From Treponema sp. (GTDB lineage: Bacteria; Spirochaetota; Spirochaetia; Treponematales; Treponemataceae): a stretch of DNA of 64,000 nucleotides. This document shows positions 1 to 10,871 of this stretch, one piece after another. Where the stretch lies: contig JAFXDY010000175.1 of assembly GCA_017521105.1 (NCBI GenBank), positions 562-64,561 on the forward strand, given 5' to 3'. The notes beneath the pieces are model-generated. The model searched no databases. It was given only the letters and a program-made list of their open reading frames with translations, and had not been told where the DNA came from. Each line of letters begins with the position of its first letter. Positions within the stretch are counted from its first letter, which is position 1. The position numbers and the translations under genes were made by a program.

Positions 1-856
1 TACATCCTTTTAAAGTTTGCAAATTATTTATAAATTCATTTGTAATTTCTTTTTGTGTTGAATTATCTTTGTTGTAATATTTTTCTAAAACTTTTGAAAT
101 GGCAACTGCGCCAAAAAGGTTTTCTGTTCCACTTCTAATTCCTTTTTCTTGGCCACCGCCTCTTAAAAATGCTTCAATTGGATTTTCCAAATATAAAACT
201 CCAATTCCTCTTGGTCCACAAATTTTGTGAGCACTAAAAGAAGCACTATCAATTCCTTTGTAATTTACATTTAATTGAATCTTTCCTGCGGCTTGTACAC
301 AATCAACATGGAATTTTGGCTTTCTTTTTCCTTCTGCCCATTTTGTAATTGTATCTGCAATTTGGTAAATTGGTTGAATTGAACCTGTTTCGTTGTTTAC
401 TGCCATAACACAAACTAGCATTGTGTCATTTGTTAATAATTGTTTAACTGCTTCTGGAGTAATAATTCCGTCTTTGTTTGAAGGAATTGAAACAATTTTC
501 CATCCACATTTTGTTAAAGCTTGGGCTTGTTCTCTAATTGCTGGATGTTCAATTGAACTAATTAAAATTGTTCCAGTAGATGGTTTGTTTAATTGAGAAA
601 GAATCGGAATGTGGTTGCTTTCTGTTCCACCAGATGTAAAGAAAATATTTTGAGCTTTTACATTTAATGTTTTTGCAACAGATTCCCTTGCTTTGTCTAA
701 AGTTTCTTTTGCTTGTTTTCCTGCCAAGTGAACGCTAGAAGGATTTGCCCAATTTTGAATTGAACATTCTAGAGAATCTTGTAAAATTTCTTCATCAACA
801 GGGCTTGTGGCAGCCCAGTCAAAATAGTGATCTTTGTTAATAATTTGTTCTGGCAT
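1..856 (-). CDS. iscS: Cysteine desulfurase (IscS/NifS class V aminotransferase), 3' end outside window
   Basis: Own translation from ATG at 856: YFDWAATSP, NPSSVH, FTSGGTESN, IEHPA, NNETGSIQP, HVDCVQAAGK, SAHKICGPRGIG (PLP Lys), GGGQEKGIRSGTEN. Confidence 0.9.
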   Translation of the reverse strand, partial: MPEQIINKDHYFDWAATSPVDEEILQDSLECSIQNWANPSSVHLAGKQAKETLDKARESVAKTLNVKAQNIFFTSGGTESNHIPILSQLNKPSTGTILISSIEHPAIREQAQALTKCGWKIVSIPSNKDGIITPEAVKQLLTNDTMLVCVMAVNNETGSIQPIYQIADTITKWAEGKRKPKFHVDCVQAAGKIQLNVNYKGIDSASFSAHKICGPRGIGVLYLENPIEAFLRGGGQEKGIRSGTENLFGAVAISKVLEKYYNKDNSTQKEITNEFINNLQTLKGC

Positions 857-860
857 AATT

Positions 861-1973
861 TTATTTTAATACAGAAAGTATATCTTTATCATCAGCTTCT
901 TCAAAAATAATTTCCCCAATTCCTTTTGGAACAATTAATCTAATTTTGCTGTTGATATTTTTTTTGTCCTTGTGCATTACAGAAAGAAATCTTGCTCCAA
1001 TTCCTCCACCTCTTACTAATGAAGGAATTGGGCCTGTGTCCCAATTGTATAGTTTTAATACATCAATAATTCTGTTATAAAATGCTTCTCTACAATAATC
1101 TTTTTTATAGCTATATGTAATTGCTCTTCCAATTCCCCATGCTACGGCTTCTCCGTGAGTAACAGCACCTAAGCCCATTATTGTTTCGTAAGCATGTGCA
1201 AATGTGTGTCCTAAATTTAAATATGCACGAATATTTCGTTCTGTAAAATCTTTTTCTACAACATTTGCTTTTTCTTTTACAGAAAGTGTGATAATTTCTT
1301 TTAAAATTTGTGAATCTCTTGCTTTAATTTTTTCACTTTCTTTTTCAAAATATTCGAATAAAGTTTCATTAAATAAAATTCCAGTTTTTAATGCTTCTGC
1401 TAATCCTGAATAATATTGATTATCTGGAAGATATTGAATGAATTCTGTAAAGTAATAGATTTTTTGAGCAGGGAAAAAAGAACCAATCATGTTTTTGTAA
1501 TTTTCAAAGTCACAACCTGTTTTTCCACCTACGGCTGCATCTACCATTGCCAAAAGTGTAGTTGGCACAAATTGAACAGCGGCTCCACGTTTAAAAATTG
1601 AAGCTGCAAAGGCTGTTATATCACAAATAACACCACCACCAATGCCAACAAACAAATCATTTCTTGAAAAACCAGCGTCAATTGCTTTTTGAATAATTGT
1701 TAAAACACTTTCAATTGTTTTATAAGGTTCTCCTGAGCCAAGAATTAATAGAATGTCATTTCCACAAACATCAAAATCAAATTTAGAAATGAATGATTGC
1801 ATGCAGTCTAAACTTGCAATAGTTGCATCTGTAACAAAGAATCTTCTTTGTGTAGATTCACCTGGTGCAAAAATAGAATTTAAATCCGGAGTTCCATCAA
1901 TGAAAACGATTTCGCTTTTGTCTGTGCCTGAATAAATTGCAGGGTAGTTAACATTAATTGTGTTATTAATCAT
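861..1973 (-). CDS. aroB: 3-dehydroquinate synthase
   Basis: GIGGGVICD, PTTLLAMVDAAVGGKTG, KNMIGSF, LNLGHTFAHAYE, HGEAVAWG, DKK motifs. Confidence 0.95.
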   Translation of the reverse strand: MINNTINVNYPAIYSGTDKSEIVFIDGTPDLNSIFAPGESTQRRFFVTDATIASLDCMQSFISKFDFDVCGNDILLILGSGEPYKTIESVLTIIQKAIDAGFSRNDLFVGIGGGVICDITAFAASIFKRGAAVQFVPTTLLAMVDAAVGGKTGCDFENYKNMIGSFFPAQKIYYFTEFIQYLPDNQYYSGLAEALKTGILFNETLFEYFEKESEKIKARDSQILKEIITLSVKEKANVVEKDFTERNIRAYLNLGHTFAHAYETIMGLGAVTHGEAVAWGIGRAITYSYKKDYCREAFYNRIIDVLKLYNWDTGPIPSLVRGGGIGARFLSVMHKDKKNINSKIRLIVPKGIGEIIFEEADDKDILSVLK

Positions 1974-1995
1974 AATGGGAAGTATTCTAACAGAA

Positions 1996-2610
1996 TCAAT
2001 AATTTTCGTCCATTGCTTTTAATTCAGAAATGTTTTTTTCTAATCTTTCAACTTCCCGGTTAATTATTTTTTCGTAATTTAATTCACCAGTAAAAATGCG
2101 TTCCCGTTCATCTTCCCAAAATTGTAAATCTTCAATGTACAAAAATCTAAAAGTTGGGGCATTTGCTTTTTCATACCAAATTTTTGCTTCTTTCCAGTAG
2201 TATAATCCTGCTTTGTAACAACTTAATGCTTTTTCCATGTTAGAAAGATATTCTTCTTTCCAAGGAGCGTCGTAAAAATATATGCATTTTTTGTCATAAA
2301 CGCGACCTAATCTTAAATGTTGTTCAATTAATTTAAGATTTATGTGCATTTGAAATAAATATCTGTATTTTTCCCATTCTTTTTCTGTTGCAATTTTTGC
2401 GTCTGCATAAAGAGGATTACAAAAATCTGCTTCAACTGCTTTTTCAAGCCAATAAATGTTTTCCATGCAGTCATCTGGATATTGTTGATAATGAACGTGA
2501 AAAAGTTTGTACCAATCTTCTTTGTATTTGACCATGTAGGCATCTGCATTTTGAAGAGGAATAAAAAATAAAACTAAAAAGTTAAATATAATAAGAATCT
2601 TCTTTTTCAC
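1996..2610 (-). CDS. Exported hypothetical protein
   Basis: 204 aa, GTG start, signal peptide ending ADA; helical, aromatic-rich. Confidence 0.75.
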   Translation of the reverse strand: MKKKILIIFNFLVLFFIPLQNADAYMVKYKEDWYKLFHVHYQQYPDDCMENIYWLEKAVEADFCNPLYADAKIATEKEWEKYRYLFQMHINLKLIEQHLRLGRVYDKKCIYFYDAPWKEEYLSNMEKALSCYKAGLYYWKEAKIWYEKANAPTFRFLYIEDLQFWEDERERIFTGELNYEKIINREVERLEKNISELKAMDENY

Positions 2611-2617
2611 ATTTCAT

Positions 2618-2645
2618 TTATCGGATTATAAAAAGCTTTGCTTTA
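2618..2645 (-). promoter_or_regulatory. Putative sigma28 (FliA) promoter, leaderless spacing
   Basis: Minus strand TAAA-N16-TCCGATAA, ending 7 nt before the GTG at 2610; no SD. Confidence 0.65.
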
Positions 2646-2659
2646 CAAAAGTTTTATTT

Positions 2660-3265
2660 TTATTTTAATTCCCGTAAAATATCATTAAAAACTTCATCAA
2701 TAGATTTTGTTGCGTCAATAATAATTATTTTCATTCCAGATTCATTTGTTTTTTCTTGATATTCTTCAATTACTTCATCGTAAAGTTTTGCAATTTTTTT
2801 CTGAATGTCTAATTTTTCATAAATTTCTTTTTGTCCATTTCTTGAATCAACACGCTTTAATGAAATTTCTGGATCTATTTTAAAATAAAATAAATACTCT
2901 GGTAACGGAAATGGTGAATTTAATAACCTTGGCAAATCTTTTCCACAAGAAACAGACTGATATGCTAAACTAGAAAAAAAGTATCTATCGCTTACAACAG
3001 TTTTTCCATTTTTAATTAAATCTTCTACACCGTCTTTTCCAAAAATGTGTTCACATCTGTCTGCGGCAAATAAATATGAAGCAGTTTTTTCATCAACGCT
3101 AAATTCTCCACAAAGCATGCGTCTTAAAAATTTTCCAGTTTCCTTTGTTGTGGGTTCTGCAGTTGCAATAAACACATTAGGATTTGATTCTACCAATTTT
3201 TTTATTTGAGTTGATGTACCACTTCCATCAATTCCTTCAAAAACAATAAAATTTTTTAGTACCAT
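2660..3265 (-). CDS. tmk: Thymidylate kinase
   Basis: FIVFEGIDGSGTSTQ P-loop, LFAADR, VVSDRYFFSSLAYQ. Confidence 0.95.
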   Translation of the reverse strand: MVLKNFIVFEGIDGSGTSTQIKKLVESNPNVFIATAEPTTKETGKFLRRMLCGEFSVDEKTASYLFAADRCEHIFGKDGVEDLIKNGKTVVSDRYFFSSLAYQSVSCGKDLPRLLNSPFPLPEYLFYFKIDPEISLKRVDSRNGQKEIYEKLDIQKKIAKLYDEVIEEYQEKTNESGMKIIIIDATKSIDEVFNDILRELK

Positions 3266-3428
3266 ATTTCACCAAGAATATTAATAAATTATCTATAAAT
3301 TATAGTAAATTTTTGATATAATACAATAGGATATTTCTTGCAAAAAAATGTTTTATTATTAGAGTTTTTGTATAACTTTTTTAATATTAAAATATTTTAT
3401 TGTTGGTTAGTTTTTTATTTGGAACTTA

Positions 3429-6400
3429 ATGAAAAAGATTTTTACTAGTAAAATATATTATTTATTTTTTGTATTTCTCTTTTTAGTAGGCATTTTGTTA
3501 ATAAAGCCTGTTTCAAACAGTTTTAAATCTTTTTCAAATTCAATTACAAATAAAGTTGCTTCATATCTTGAAGAAAACTTTGGTATTTCTGTTACTTACC
3601 AATCTTTGTCTCCATCCTTATTAACTCAATTATCAATTAAAAAAATAGAAGTTACAAATCAAGATGATGAATTAGTTGGAAATATAAATTCAATCAAAGT
3701 AAAATATCGTTTGTTCAAAATCTTAAAAGGTGATATTCAAAATGGAATTACAAGCGTCACTTTTGAAGGTGCAAGAATTGACATTTCTAAAGTTTTGTCA
3801 ATTTTCGTAAAAAATGCAAAATCAAAAGATGAAAAAGAACTTGATTATGATAAACAAACAAAAAATAAAACAATAAAATCAATTCATGATGTTCGTAAAT
3901 TATTACCAAATAAGTGTTTTTTTAATAATTTTTCATTTTATTATGAAGACGAAAACTGTTTAGGTACATTAAATTTAAATAAAATTGCTTTAAATACAAA
4001 TGAAGTTACAGACAACCTTTCTGTTGATTTTTTAAGTAATCTGAATGTTAAGTTTAAAAAAGTTTTAAATGGACTTGAAATTTCTTCAGACATTGAATAT
4101 TCGGCCAATGTAAATTCTACTTTTGATAATGCTCATATGTATCTTACCTTTTCAAACATTACAGATGGTAATTACAAAATCAATAAATTAAATTTTTTCG
4201 CAGATTATAATGAACAATTGCTTTCTCTTAGAACAGTAAAGTCAGTCTTTCCTTTTGAAATTGATTGTAAATATAATAATGTTTCAAAAAAATTTGATTT
4301 TAGTTTAATTACACAAAAATTTAATTTGTTTGATTTGTTATCTACAAATGACAACAAAAGCAGATTTGAAAAATATAAAAATCTTTCTTTTACTTCTAAA
4401 ACTTTTTTTAATTTTGATTTGATTGAAAAAAAAATGAATTATTCATTAAATGGTGATTTAGTTGTTCCTCCAGAAGCTTTTTTAGAAGGATTTGATTTGT
4501 CTTATTCTTTGAATGGAAACGAAAAAGAATTTGTTTTGGATTTTTTTGAAGTGAATGGTAAAAATTGTGAAGGAAATATAAACTTAGTTTGTAACATTCC
4601 TAAGTTGCAATTATCTGGAGGAATTTATATTCCCTTTGTAAGACTTCCAAATGGAACTGAAATTTCTACAGAAGTATTTTTTGACCCTCTTGATGAAGGT
4701 TTTATAGCATTTTCTCCTCAAATCTATTTTGGCGAAAATTCCTTAACTGCATTGCAGTTTTCTTTGATGCCTCAAAAGCAAAATGAAACTTATGATTATT
4801 ATTTTGAAGTTTCTGATTATTCTCATTATGAAGAAGATCAGCCTGGTGTTTTTAGTTTTAACGGAAGTTACTTAAAAGAGTCAAAATATGTACAAACAAA
4901 CGTGAATATAAATAGTCTTTTTGCAGATGGAATATTAAATATTATTAGTTCACTTATGGCAAAAGAAAAATCAGAAAAACTTCAGTCCATTAGTTCAATA
5001 ATGAATCCTTATATGTTTTCTGGTGATTTATATTTTTCTTCTGATTTTAAAACATTTTCGTATAATGTTCCTTACATTCTTGCTGCAAACACAAAAAAAG
5101 AAAATCAAGCTGTGATGATTTCTTTTAATGGAAATAATGAATCTGTGCAACTAGATAACGTATCTTTTATTATGAACAAAATTGCAGTTGATGCTTCTGG
5201 AATGTTGGAATTTTCAAACAATTATAAGGACTTTTTATTTAGTTTAGATATATTAAATGAAGCCATTCCTTACAATTTTTATGGTTCAAAAACAAACGAT
5301 TCAATTTCTGTTTATGGTGATTACGATTTTTATGCCAGTGTAGATTTGTCTAAGATTGCAAAGCAGAAGCAAGTTGAAGCAAATCTTTCATTTTACAAAT
5401 TGCCATTTTCATTTGGCGATGGAGCTGTTTTTTTATCATCTAATTTATTGTTTAGTTTTGATGAAAAAAATGGTCCATATATGAATGTGCTAAATTTTGA
5501 AGCAGAATTGAATTCTCCAAAAATAAATTTTATTCCAAAATTACAATTAGATGCAAATATTACTAAATATGGTGCACAAATTAATTCATTAACTTATTCA
5601 GATTCTTATTCGTTGATGGAAGGTTTTTCTACGGTATTAATCAATTCAAATCAAAATAATCTTGAATCTGTTGGTGTTCAACTTTCTCTGAAGAATGCTT
5701 TAAATAATGAAGCTATTACCATGGAAGCAAATTTTTCAAATCCAGAATTAAAATCTTTTTCAATGCAGAATATTTTAGAAACACTTTATATGGATGTACA
5801 AATTAAAATAGCTAATATAAATTTAAACAGAATTTCAAAAATCAAACACGAAAATAATCAAATTACTGCATCTGTTTTTGCAACAGGTCCAATAAATAAT
5901 CCATATCTTGTTATGAATATAGAAAATATGACTATGAGATCTCCAAATGATTTTATGGATGTAAAAGGAATTGTTTCCTTAGAAGATAAAAGGGTAACTG
6001 TTAATGATTTTATTGTGGAATTTTCTAGAAAAAAATTAGAAAATATAAAACTTGATTTTAATCTTAATACTTTTGATTTAGCTGCTCAAGCAAAATTTGT
6101 TGGAACTGTAGCAGGATTAGATATTCAAATTCCAATTTATTTTGATATTTCTGAAGTTTTACTGCCAAAACGTGGTTTTATTCCTAAATCATGTAAAATA
6201 GATTTACAGGTTAAAGATACTTATGGCTTGTTTACATTAAAACCAATAAATGCTCATCTTACAGGGTTATATAGTGAAGGGAATGTAGTTATATTTTCAC
6301 CGTTGTCTGATGGTGTTTATGGAAATTATTCAAAAGACGGAACTTTAGATTTTACATTAAATCTTGAAGATCTTATTAAAGCAAATGTAGCTGGTTCTGT

Positions 6401-7859
6401 TACAAAAAACAATTTAAATGTAAAAGTTTCAGATTTATCTGCTAATCTACAAAATATATTTGCCTATTTTAATTTAAATAGAATTTTAATTGTTGAAAAT
6501 GGTCAATTAGACGGTTCATTAAACATTACAGGAGAATTACTAAATCCATATTTATTAGGTGCTTTAAAAATTTCAAAACCAAAAGTAAAAACACCAATGT
6601 TCTGCAATGATTCAATTTCTACAGAAACAATTTTAGCAACTGTAAATAAAGATGAAATTAAAGTTATTCCAAATGTTTACAAAGTAAAAAATAAAGAAAA
6701 AATAAAAGCAGATTGTACTGTATTTTTAAATAAATGGAGTTTGGACCACATTGAAGCCAATATTGCAACTTTGCCTCAAGAGTATGTAAAAGGAGGCCTT
6801 TTTGTTCCTGAATTTTCTGTCTTAGGTGATGTAAAATTCGATCTTGATTTATATTTTGAAAACTTTGTATTAGATGTTACAGGAGATTTATTTGGTGAAG
6901 ATATAGAGTTTTCTTCTAGTATGACAAAAGTTACAGGAATTGCTTTAACTCCAATCCAAAAGCAAATTAAATTAAAAACAAGGGTTAAAGTTATTTCAGA
7001 TTTGAACATTAATTTAGGTACTCACGCAATATTTAATTTTGATCCATTACTTAGATGTGTTTTGGAACCAAATACTTCATTACGTGTTTTGGCTGATCAG
7101 ATAACTGAAGATTATAAAGTGTTAGGAAATGTAAATGTTCGGTCTGGAGATATAGCTTATCTTAATCGAAACTTCTATATAAAAGAAGGAAATGTAGTTT
7201 TCAATTCTGAAGATTTGATGAATCCTCAAATTACAATTACTGCAGAAACAAGAGAAAAAGATCAAAAAGGTGATAATGTAAGAATAATTTTGAATGCAGA
7301 AAATCAATATCTTCAAACTTTAGAGCCAAAAGTTTCTTCAATTCCAGCTAAATCAGAAGCTGAGCTTAGGGCTATATTGGGTGATATTGTTATGGCTGAT
7401 TCCGAAACAGCTGCTAACTTTTTATTAGCTGCAGGGGATTACGCAATTCAATCTGCAATCTTCCGTAAAGCCGAAAATAAGTTGCGTGATTTTATGAATT
7501 TTGATATATTGTCTTTAAGAACAAATATATTGCAAAATTCTATAAGCAGAGTTAATACAAGAAAAGTATCTAATGAATTAACAATGGCTACTTTATTAGA
7601 TAATACAACTTTGTACATAGGAAAATATTTGACAAATTCTATATATTTTGATGCAATGTTGCATGTTTCACTTGATAATAGATTTTCAAGTGAACTTGCT
7701 GGTGTTGGCGGGTTATTATTTCAACCACAGATTGGTATTGAATTGGAGTCACCATTTGTAAATGTTAGATGGAATATGGCTCCCGATATTAATGCTTTAT
7801 TAAGAAATCAATTTGTACCTTCAACATCTGTAACCCTTTCTTGGGAATTTGCTTTTTAA
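3429..7859 (+). CDS. tamB: TamB/AsmA-like translocation and assembly module protein
   Basis: 1476 aa, N-terminal TM anchor, beta-rich, C-terminal DUF490-like segment (YLNRNFYIKEG, SIPAKSEAEL); directly upstream of bamA. Confidence 0.75.
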   Translation: MKKIFTSKIYYLFFVFLFLVGILLIKPVSNSFKSFSNSITNKVASYLEENFGISVTYQSLSPSLLTQLSIKKIEVTNQDDELVGNINSIKVKYRLFKILKGDIQNGITSVTFEGARIDISKVLSIFVKNAKSKDEKELDYDKQTKNKTIKSIHDVRKLLPNKCFFNNFSFYYEDENCLGTLNLNKIALNTNEVTDNLSVDFLSNLNVKFKKVLNGLEISSDIEYSANVNSTFDNAHMYLTFSNITDGNYKINKLNFFADYNEQLLSLRTVKSVFPFEIDCKYNNVSKKFDFSLITQKFNLFDLLSTNDNKSRFEKYKNLSFTSKTFFNFDLIEKKMNYSLNGDLVVPPEAFLEGFDLSYSLNGNEKEFVLDFFEVNGKNCEGNINLVCNIPKLQLSGGIYIPFVRLPNGTEISTEVFFDPLDEGFIAFSPQIYFGENSLTALQFSLMPQKQNETYDYYFEVSDYSHYEEDQPGVFSFNGSYLKESKYVQTNVNINSLFADGILNIISSLMAKEKSEKLQSISSIMNPYMFSGDLYFSSDFKTFSYNVPYILAANTKKENQAVMISFNGNNESVQLDNVSFIMNKIAVDASGMLEFSNNYKDFLFSLDILNEAIPYNFYGSKTNDSISVYGDYDFYASVDLSKIAKQKQVEANLSFYKLPFSFGDGAVFLSSNLLFSFDEKNGPYMNVLNFEAELNSPKINFIPKLQLDANITKYGAQINSLTYSDSYSLMEGFSTVLINSNQNNLESVGVQLSLKNALNNEAITMEANFSNPELKSFSMQNILETLYMDVQIKIANINLNRISKIKHENNQITASVFATGPINNPYLVMNIENMTMRSPNDFMDVKGIVSLEDKRVTVNDFIVEFSRKKLENIKLDFNLNTFDLAAQAKFVGTVAGLDIQIPIYFDISEVLLPKRGFIPKSCKIDLQVKDTYGLFTLKPINAHLTGLYSEGNVVIFSPLSDGVYGNYSKDGTLDFTLNLEDLIKANVAGSVTKNNLNVKVSDLSANLQNIFAYFNLNRILIVENGQLDGSLNITGELLNPYLLGALKISKPKVKTPMFCNDSISTETILATVNKDEIKVIPNVYKVKNKEKIKADCTVFLNKWSLDHIEANIATLPQEYVKGGLFVPEFSVLGDVKFDLDLYFENFVLDVTGDLFGEDIEFSSSMTKVTGIALTPIQKQIKLKTRVKVISDLNINLGTHAIFNFDPLLRCVLEPNTSLRVLADQITEDYKVLGNVNVRSGDIAYLNRNFYIKEGNVVFNSEDLMNPQITITAETREKDQKGDNVRIILNAENQYLQTLEPKVSSIPAKSEAELRAILGDIVMADSETAANFLLAAGDYAIQSAIFRKAENKLRDFMNFDILSLRTNILQNSISRVNTRKVSNELTMATLLDNTTLYIGKYLTNSIYFDAMLHVSLDNRFSSELAGVGGLLFQPQIGIELESPFVNVRWNMAPDINALLRNQFVPSTSVTLSWEFAF

Positions 7860-7912
7860 TATGTAGTTAAAATATTATTTAACAATGTTATGTTATTTTA
7901 GGAGTAATAAGC

Positions 7913-10309
7913 ATGCAGCGTAAGTTATTTACTTTATTCGTTTTGTTTTTTTTATCAGTAAATCTTATTTATTCTCAAGATGATTCTGAAGATTGGTTTT
8001 GGAACAAAACTATTACTGAAATTGATTTTGAAGGATTAGATAATGTAAAAAAATCTGAACTTATTGGTATTACAAGTTCATTTATAGACAAGCCTTTTAC
8101 TGAAGAAATTTATTCAGAATTGCTTGATAGATTATACAGTCTTGAATTTTTTGAAGATGTAATTCCTTATGCAAAGCATCATCCTAAAAATCCTGATGAT
8201 ATTTTATTAGTTTTCCAAGTTGAAGAATTGCCAATTATTAAATCTGTCAATTTTTCTGGAAACAGTAAAGTTAGAAATGGTGAATTAAGAGAAAAAGTTA
8301 AAATAAAAGCAAGTGATATTTTTTCGGAAAGTAAAGTTTTGGTTGCAGAACGTGCACTTAAATATCATTATCTAGAAAAAGGTTTTACTAATTCAAGTGT
8401 TACTTATACAACAGAAGAAAAAGATGGTGAAATAATTCTTACTTTTGTAATTAACGAAGGTGAGAATATTGTAATAAAAGAAATCAATATTGTTGGAAAT
8501 AGTGTTTTTTCTGCTAGGATGATAAAAAATAAATTAGCATTAAAAGAAGTTGGTTTATTGCGTGATGGTGCATTCCAAACTTCTTTACTTGAACAAGATA
8601 AACAGACAATTGTTTCTTATTATAAAGAAAAGGGTTATGCAGACGCAGCTGTTGTAGATACAAAAACTGAGATTATTAATAATGCTGAAGAAAATAGACA
8701 AGAAATGTATATTACATTTTATGTTCATGAAGGTGTTCAATATACATACGAAGGCTTAACTATTTCTGGAAATGAAGTGTTTTCAACACAACAATTGTTA
8801 AAATGTGAAAAATTAAAAATTGGTGCCATATATAATGAAGTAAAATTTCAACAAGGTTTGATGGAAATATCTAGTTTATATATGGACAATGGATATATGT
8901 CTGCTAATATTGTTCCAATTGTAAATAAAAATTCAGAAAAACATACAATTTCCTATAACCTAGAAATTACAGAAAATTCCAGATCTCATGTTGAAAATGT
9001 AATTATTAAGGGAAACAATAAAACAAAAGAATTTGTTATTAGCCGTGAAATTCAAATTCAACCTGGTGATGTGTTTTCAAGAAATAAAGTAATTAACGCG
9101 TATAGAAATTTAATGAATTTACAATATTTTTCTAATGTAATTCCTGAACCACAACAAGGATCAGAAAAAGATTTGGTTGATGTTGTATTCACTGTAGAAG
9201 AACAATCTACAACCCAATTGCAATTTGGTATGACTTTTTCACAATCAACTGATCCAACTTCTTTGCCAATTTCATTATTTACAAAATGGGAAAATTCGAA
9301 TTTATTTGGAGAAGGTAGATCTATTTCAGCCGGTTTAGCTTTATCTACATCGGAACAGTCTATTGACTTTGCATATTCCCAAAGATGGCTTGGAAATTTA
9401 CCTATTTCGTTTACTTCTTCAATTTCGTTAGCACATACATCTTCTGTTTCATTAATGAATATGTGGTTACCTAACGGAGCTTTAAATCAAACATATTATT
9501 ATATGAATTATGACGGATATTCTGCAAGTTTAAATAACAGTATGTTCCGAAGATGGTATACTAATTATGCTTTATTATCTGTTGGTCTAGGAATGACAAA
9601 CTCATTAACACGATTTAATTATGATGAAAATTCTTATGTACCAATTGACTATTCTATCTCTCATTATGCTAACCGTTGGGGGCTTTCAAATACTCTATAT
9701 TTTTCTGGTTCTGTTGATGCACGGGATATTAGTTATTACCCAACAAAAGGATGGTTCGTAAGTGAACGAATCTCTTGGTCTGGATTTATTCCAACTGTAG
9801 AAAATGATTTTTATTTTAAGACAGATACTAAATTGGAAGGTTATTTTACTTTGTTTGATATTCCAATGTTTAATGAAAAATGGAATTTCAAGATTATTTT
9901 GGCAGGGTATACAGGATTTACAGGCATTTTGCCTACAAGAAATATTGGTGTTTCAGATAATAGTAAATTATACGTTGATGGGTTATTTAATGGACGTGGG
10001 TGGACTGATATATATAAAACATCCAAAGGTTTATCTATGTTTACAAACAGACTTGAGCTTAGAATGCCTATAGTTCCTAATGTTATTGGTATTGATGGAT
10101 TCTTTGACGCATGTGCAGTAAAACCAACTGTCTCTGATATGTTTACAAATCTTACTATTGACGATTTCTACTTTAGCTTTGGACCAAGTGTAAGATTCTT
10201 ATTGCCTCAATTCCCATTGAATTTGTTGTTTGCTTGGAGATTTACGTCAAAAGGTTGGGCTGATACTCCATTCCAATTTGTATTATCATTTAATGTTGTA
10301 AATAGTTAA
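7913..10309 (+). CDS. bamA: Outer membrane protein assembly factor BamA
   Basis: Signal peptide, five POTRA-like repeats (GNNKTKEFVISRE), NLFGEG barrel start, GRGW loop-6 motif, C-terminal FVLSF. Confidence 0.95.
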   Translation: MQRKLFTLFVLFFLSVNLIYSQDDSEDWFWNKTITEIDFEGLDNVKKSELIGITSSFIDKPFTEEIYSELLDRLYSLEFFEDVIPYAKHHPKNPDDILLVFQVEELPIIKSVNFSGNSKVRNGELREKVKIKASDIFSESKVLVAERALKYHYLEKGFTNSSVTYTTEEKDGEIILTFVINEGENIVIKEINIVGNSVFSARMIKNKLALKEVGLLRDGAFQTSLLEQDKQTIVSYYKEKGYADAAVVDTKTEIINNAEENRQEMYITFYVHEGVQYTYEGLTISGNEVFSTQQLLKCEKLKIGAIYNEVKFQQGLMEISSLYMDNGYMSANIVPIVNKNSEKHTISYNLEITENSRSHVENVIIKGNNKTKEFVISREIQIQPGDVFSRNKVINAYRNLMNLQYFSNVIPEPQQGSEKDLVDVVFTVEEQSTTQLQFGMTFSQSTDPTSLPISLFTKWENSNLFGEGRSISAGLALSTSEQSIDFAYSQRWLGNLPISFTSSISLAHTSSVSLMNMWLPNGALNQTYYYMNYDGYSASLNNSMFRRWYTNYALLSVGLGMTNSLTRFNYDENSYVPIDYSISHYANRWGLSNTLYFSGSVDARDISYYPTKGWFVSERISWSGFIPTVENDFYFKTDTKLEGYFTLFDIPMFNEKWNFKIILAGYTGFTGILPTRNIGVSDNSKLYVDGLFNGRGWTDIYKTSKGLSMFTNRLELRMPIVPNVIGIDGFFDACAVKPTVSDMFTNLTIDDFYFSFGPSVRFLLPQFPLNLLFAWRFTSKGWADTPFQFVLSFNVVNS

Positions 10310-10327
10310 TTTGATTAAGAGGTTTAT

Positions 10328-10846
10328 ATGAAAAAATATTTTATTGCAACTGCATTTTTATTCACAATGATTATTTCTAATTCTTTTGCACAACAAATTA
10401 CAAAATTTGGTGTTGTTGATACAGCAAAAGTTTATAATGCATATTTTAGAAATTCTGCCCCAATCAGAAACTTTGAAAAGAAAAAGGCAGAATTTCAAGA
10501 TGAAATTAATAAAAGAACAGATGAACTTCGTTCTCTTCAACAAAAAAAACTTGAATATGAAAATGAAGGAAAAGAAGCTCAAGCTCTAAAAGTTGAAAGC
10601 GAAATTACTAAGAAAAAAGAATATCTAACTGAATATACAAATGCAAAAAACGTTGAATTAGAAACTCTTCAACGTAGTCTTCAAACATCCGACGAATTTT
10701 ACAAAAAATTGTACAACACACTTTCAAGAATTGCTGAAAGTGGAGGGTACAGTATGATTTTGAGTTTGCAAGATTCCAATTCAATTCTTTGGTATAGTTC
10801 TTCTGTTGATATTACTAGCCAAGTTATTTCTGAACTTGGACTTTAA
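10328..10846 (+). CDS. skp: OmpH/Skp periplasmic chaperone
   Basis: KFGVVD N-terminus, coiled coil, DITSQVI C-terminus; follows bamA. Confidence 0.9.
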   Translation: MKKYFIATAFLFTMIISNSFAQQITKFGVVDTAKVYNAYFRNSAPIRNFEKKKAEFQDEINKRTDELRSLQQKKLEYENEGKEAQALKVESEITKKKEYLTEYTNAKNVELETLQRSLQTSDEFYKKLYNTLSRIAESGGYSMILSLQDSNSILWYSSSVDITSQVISELGL

Positions 10847-10871
10847 ACGATTTTTATTGTAAAATAAAAAA

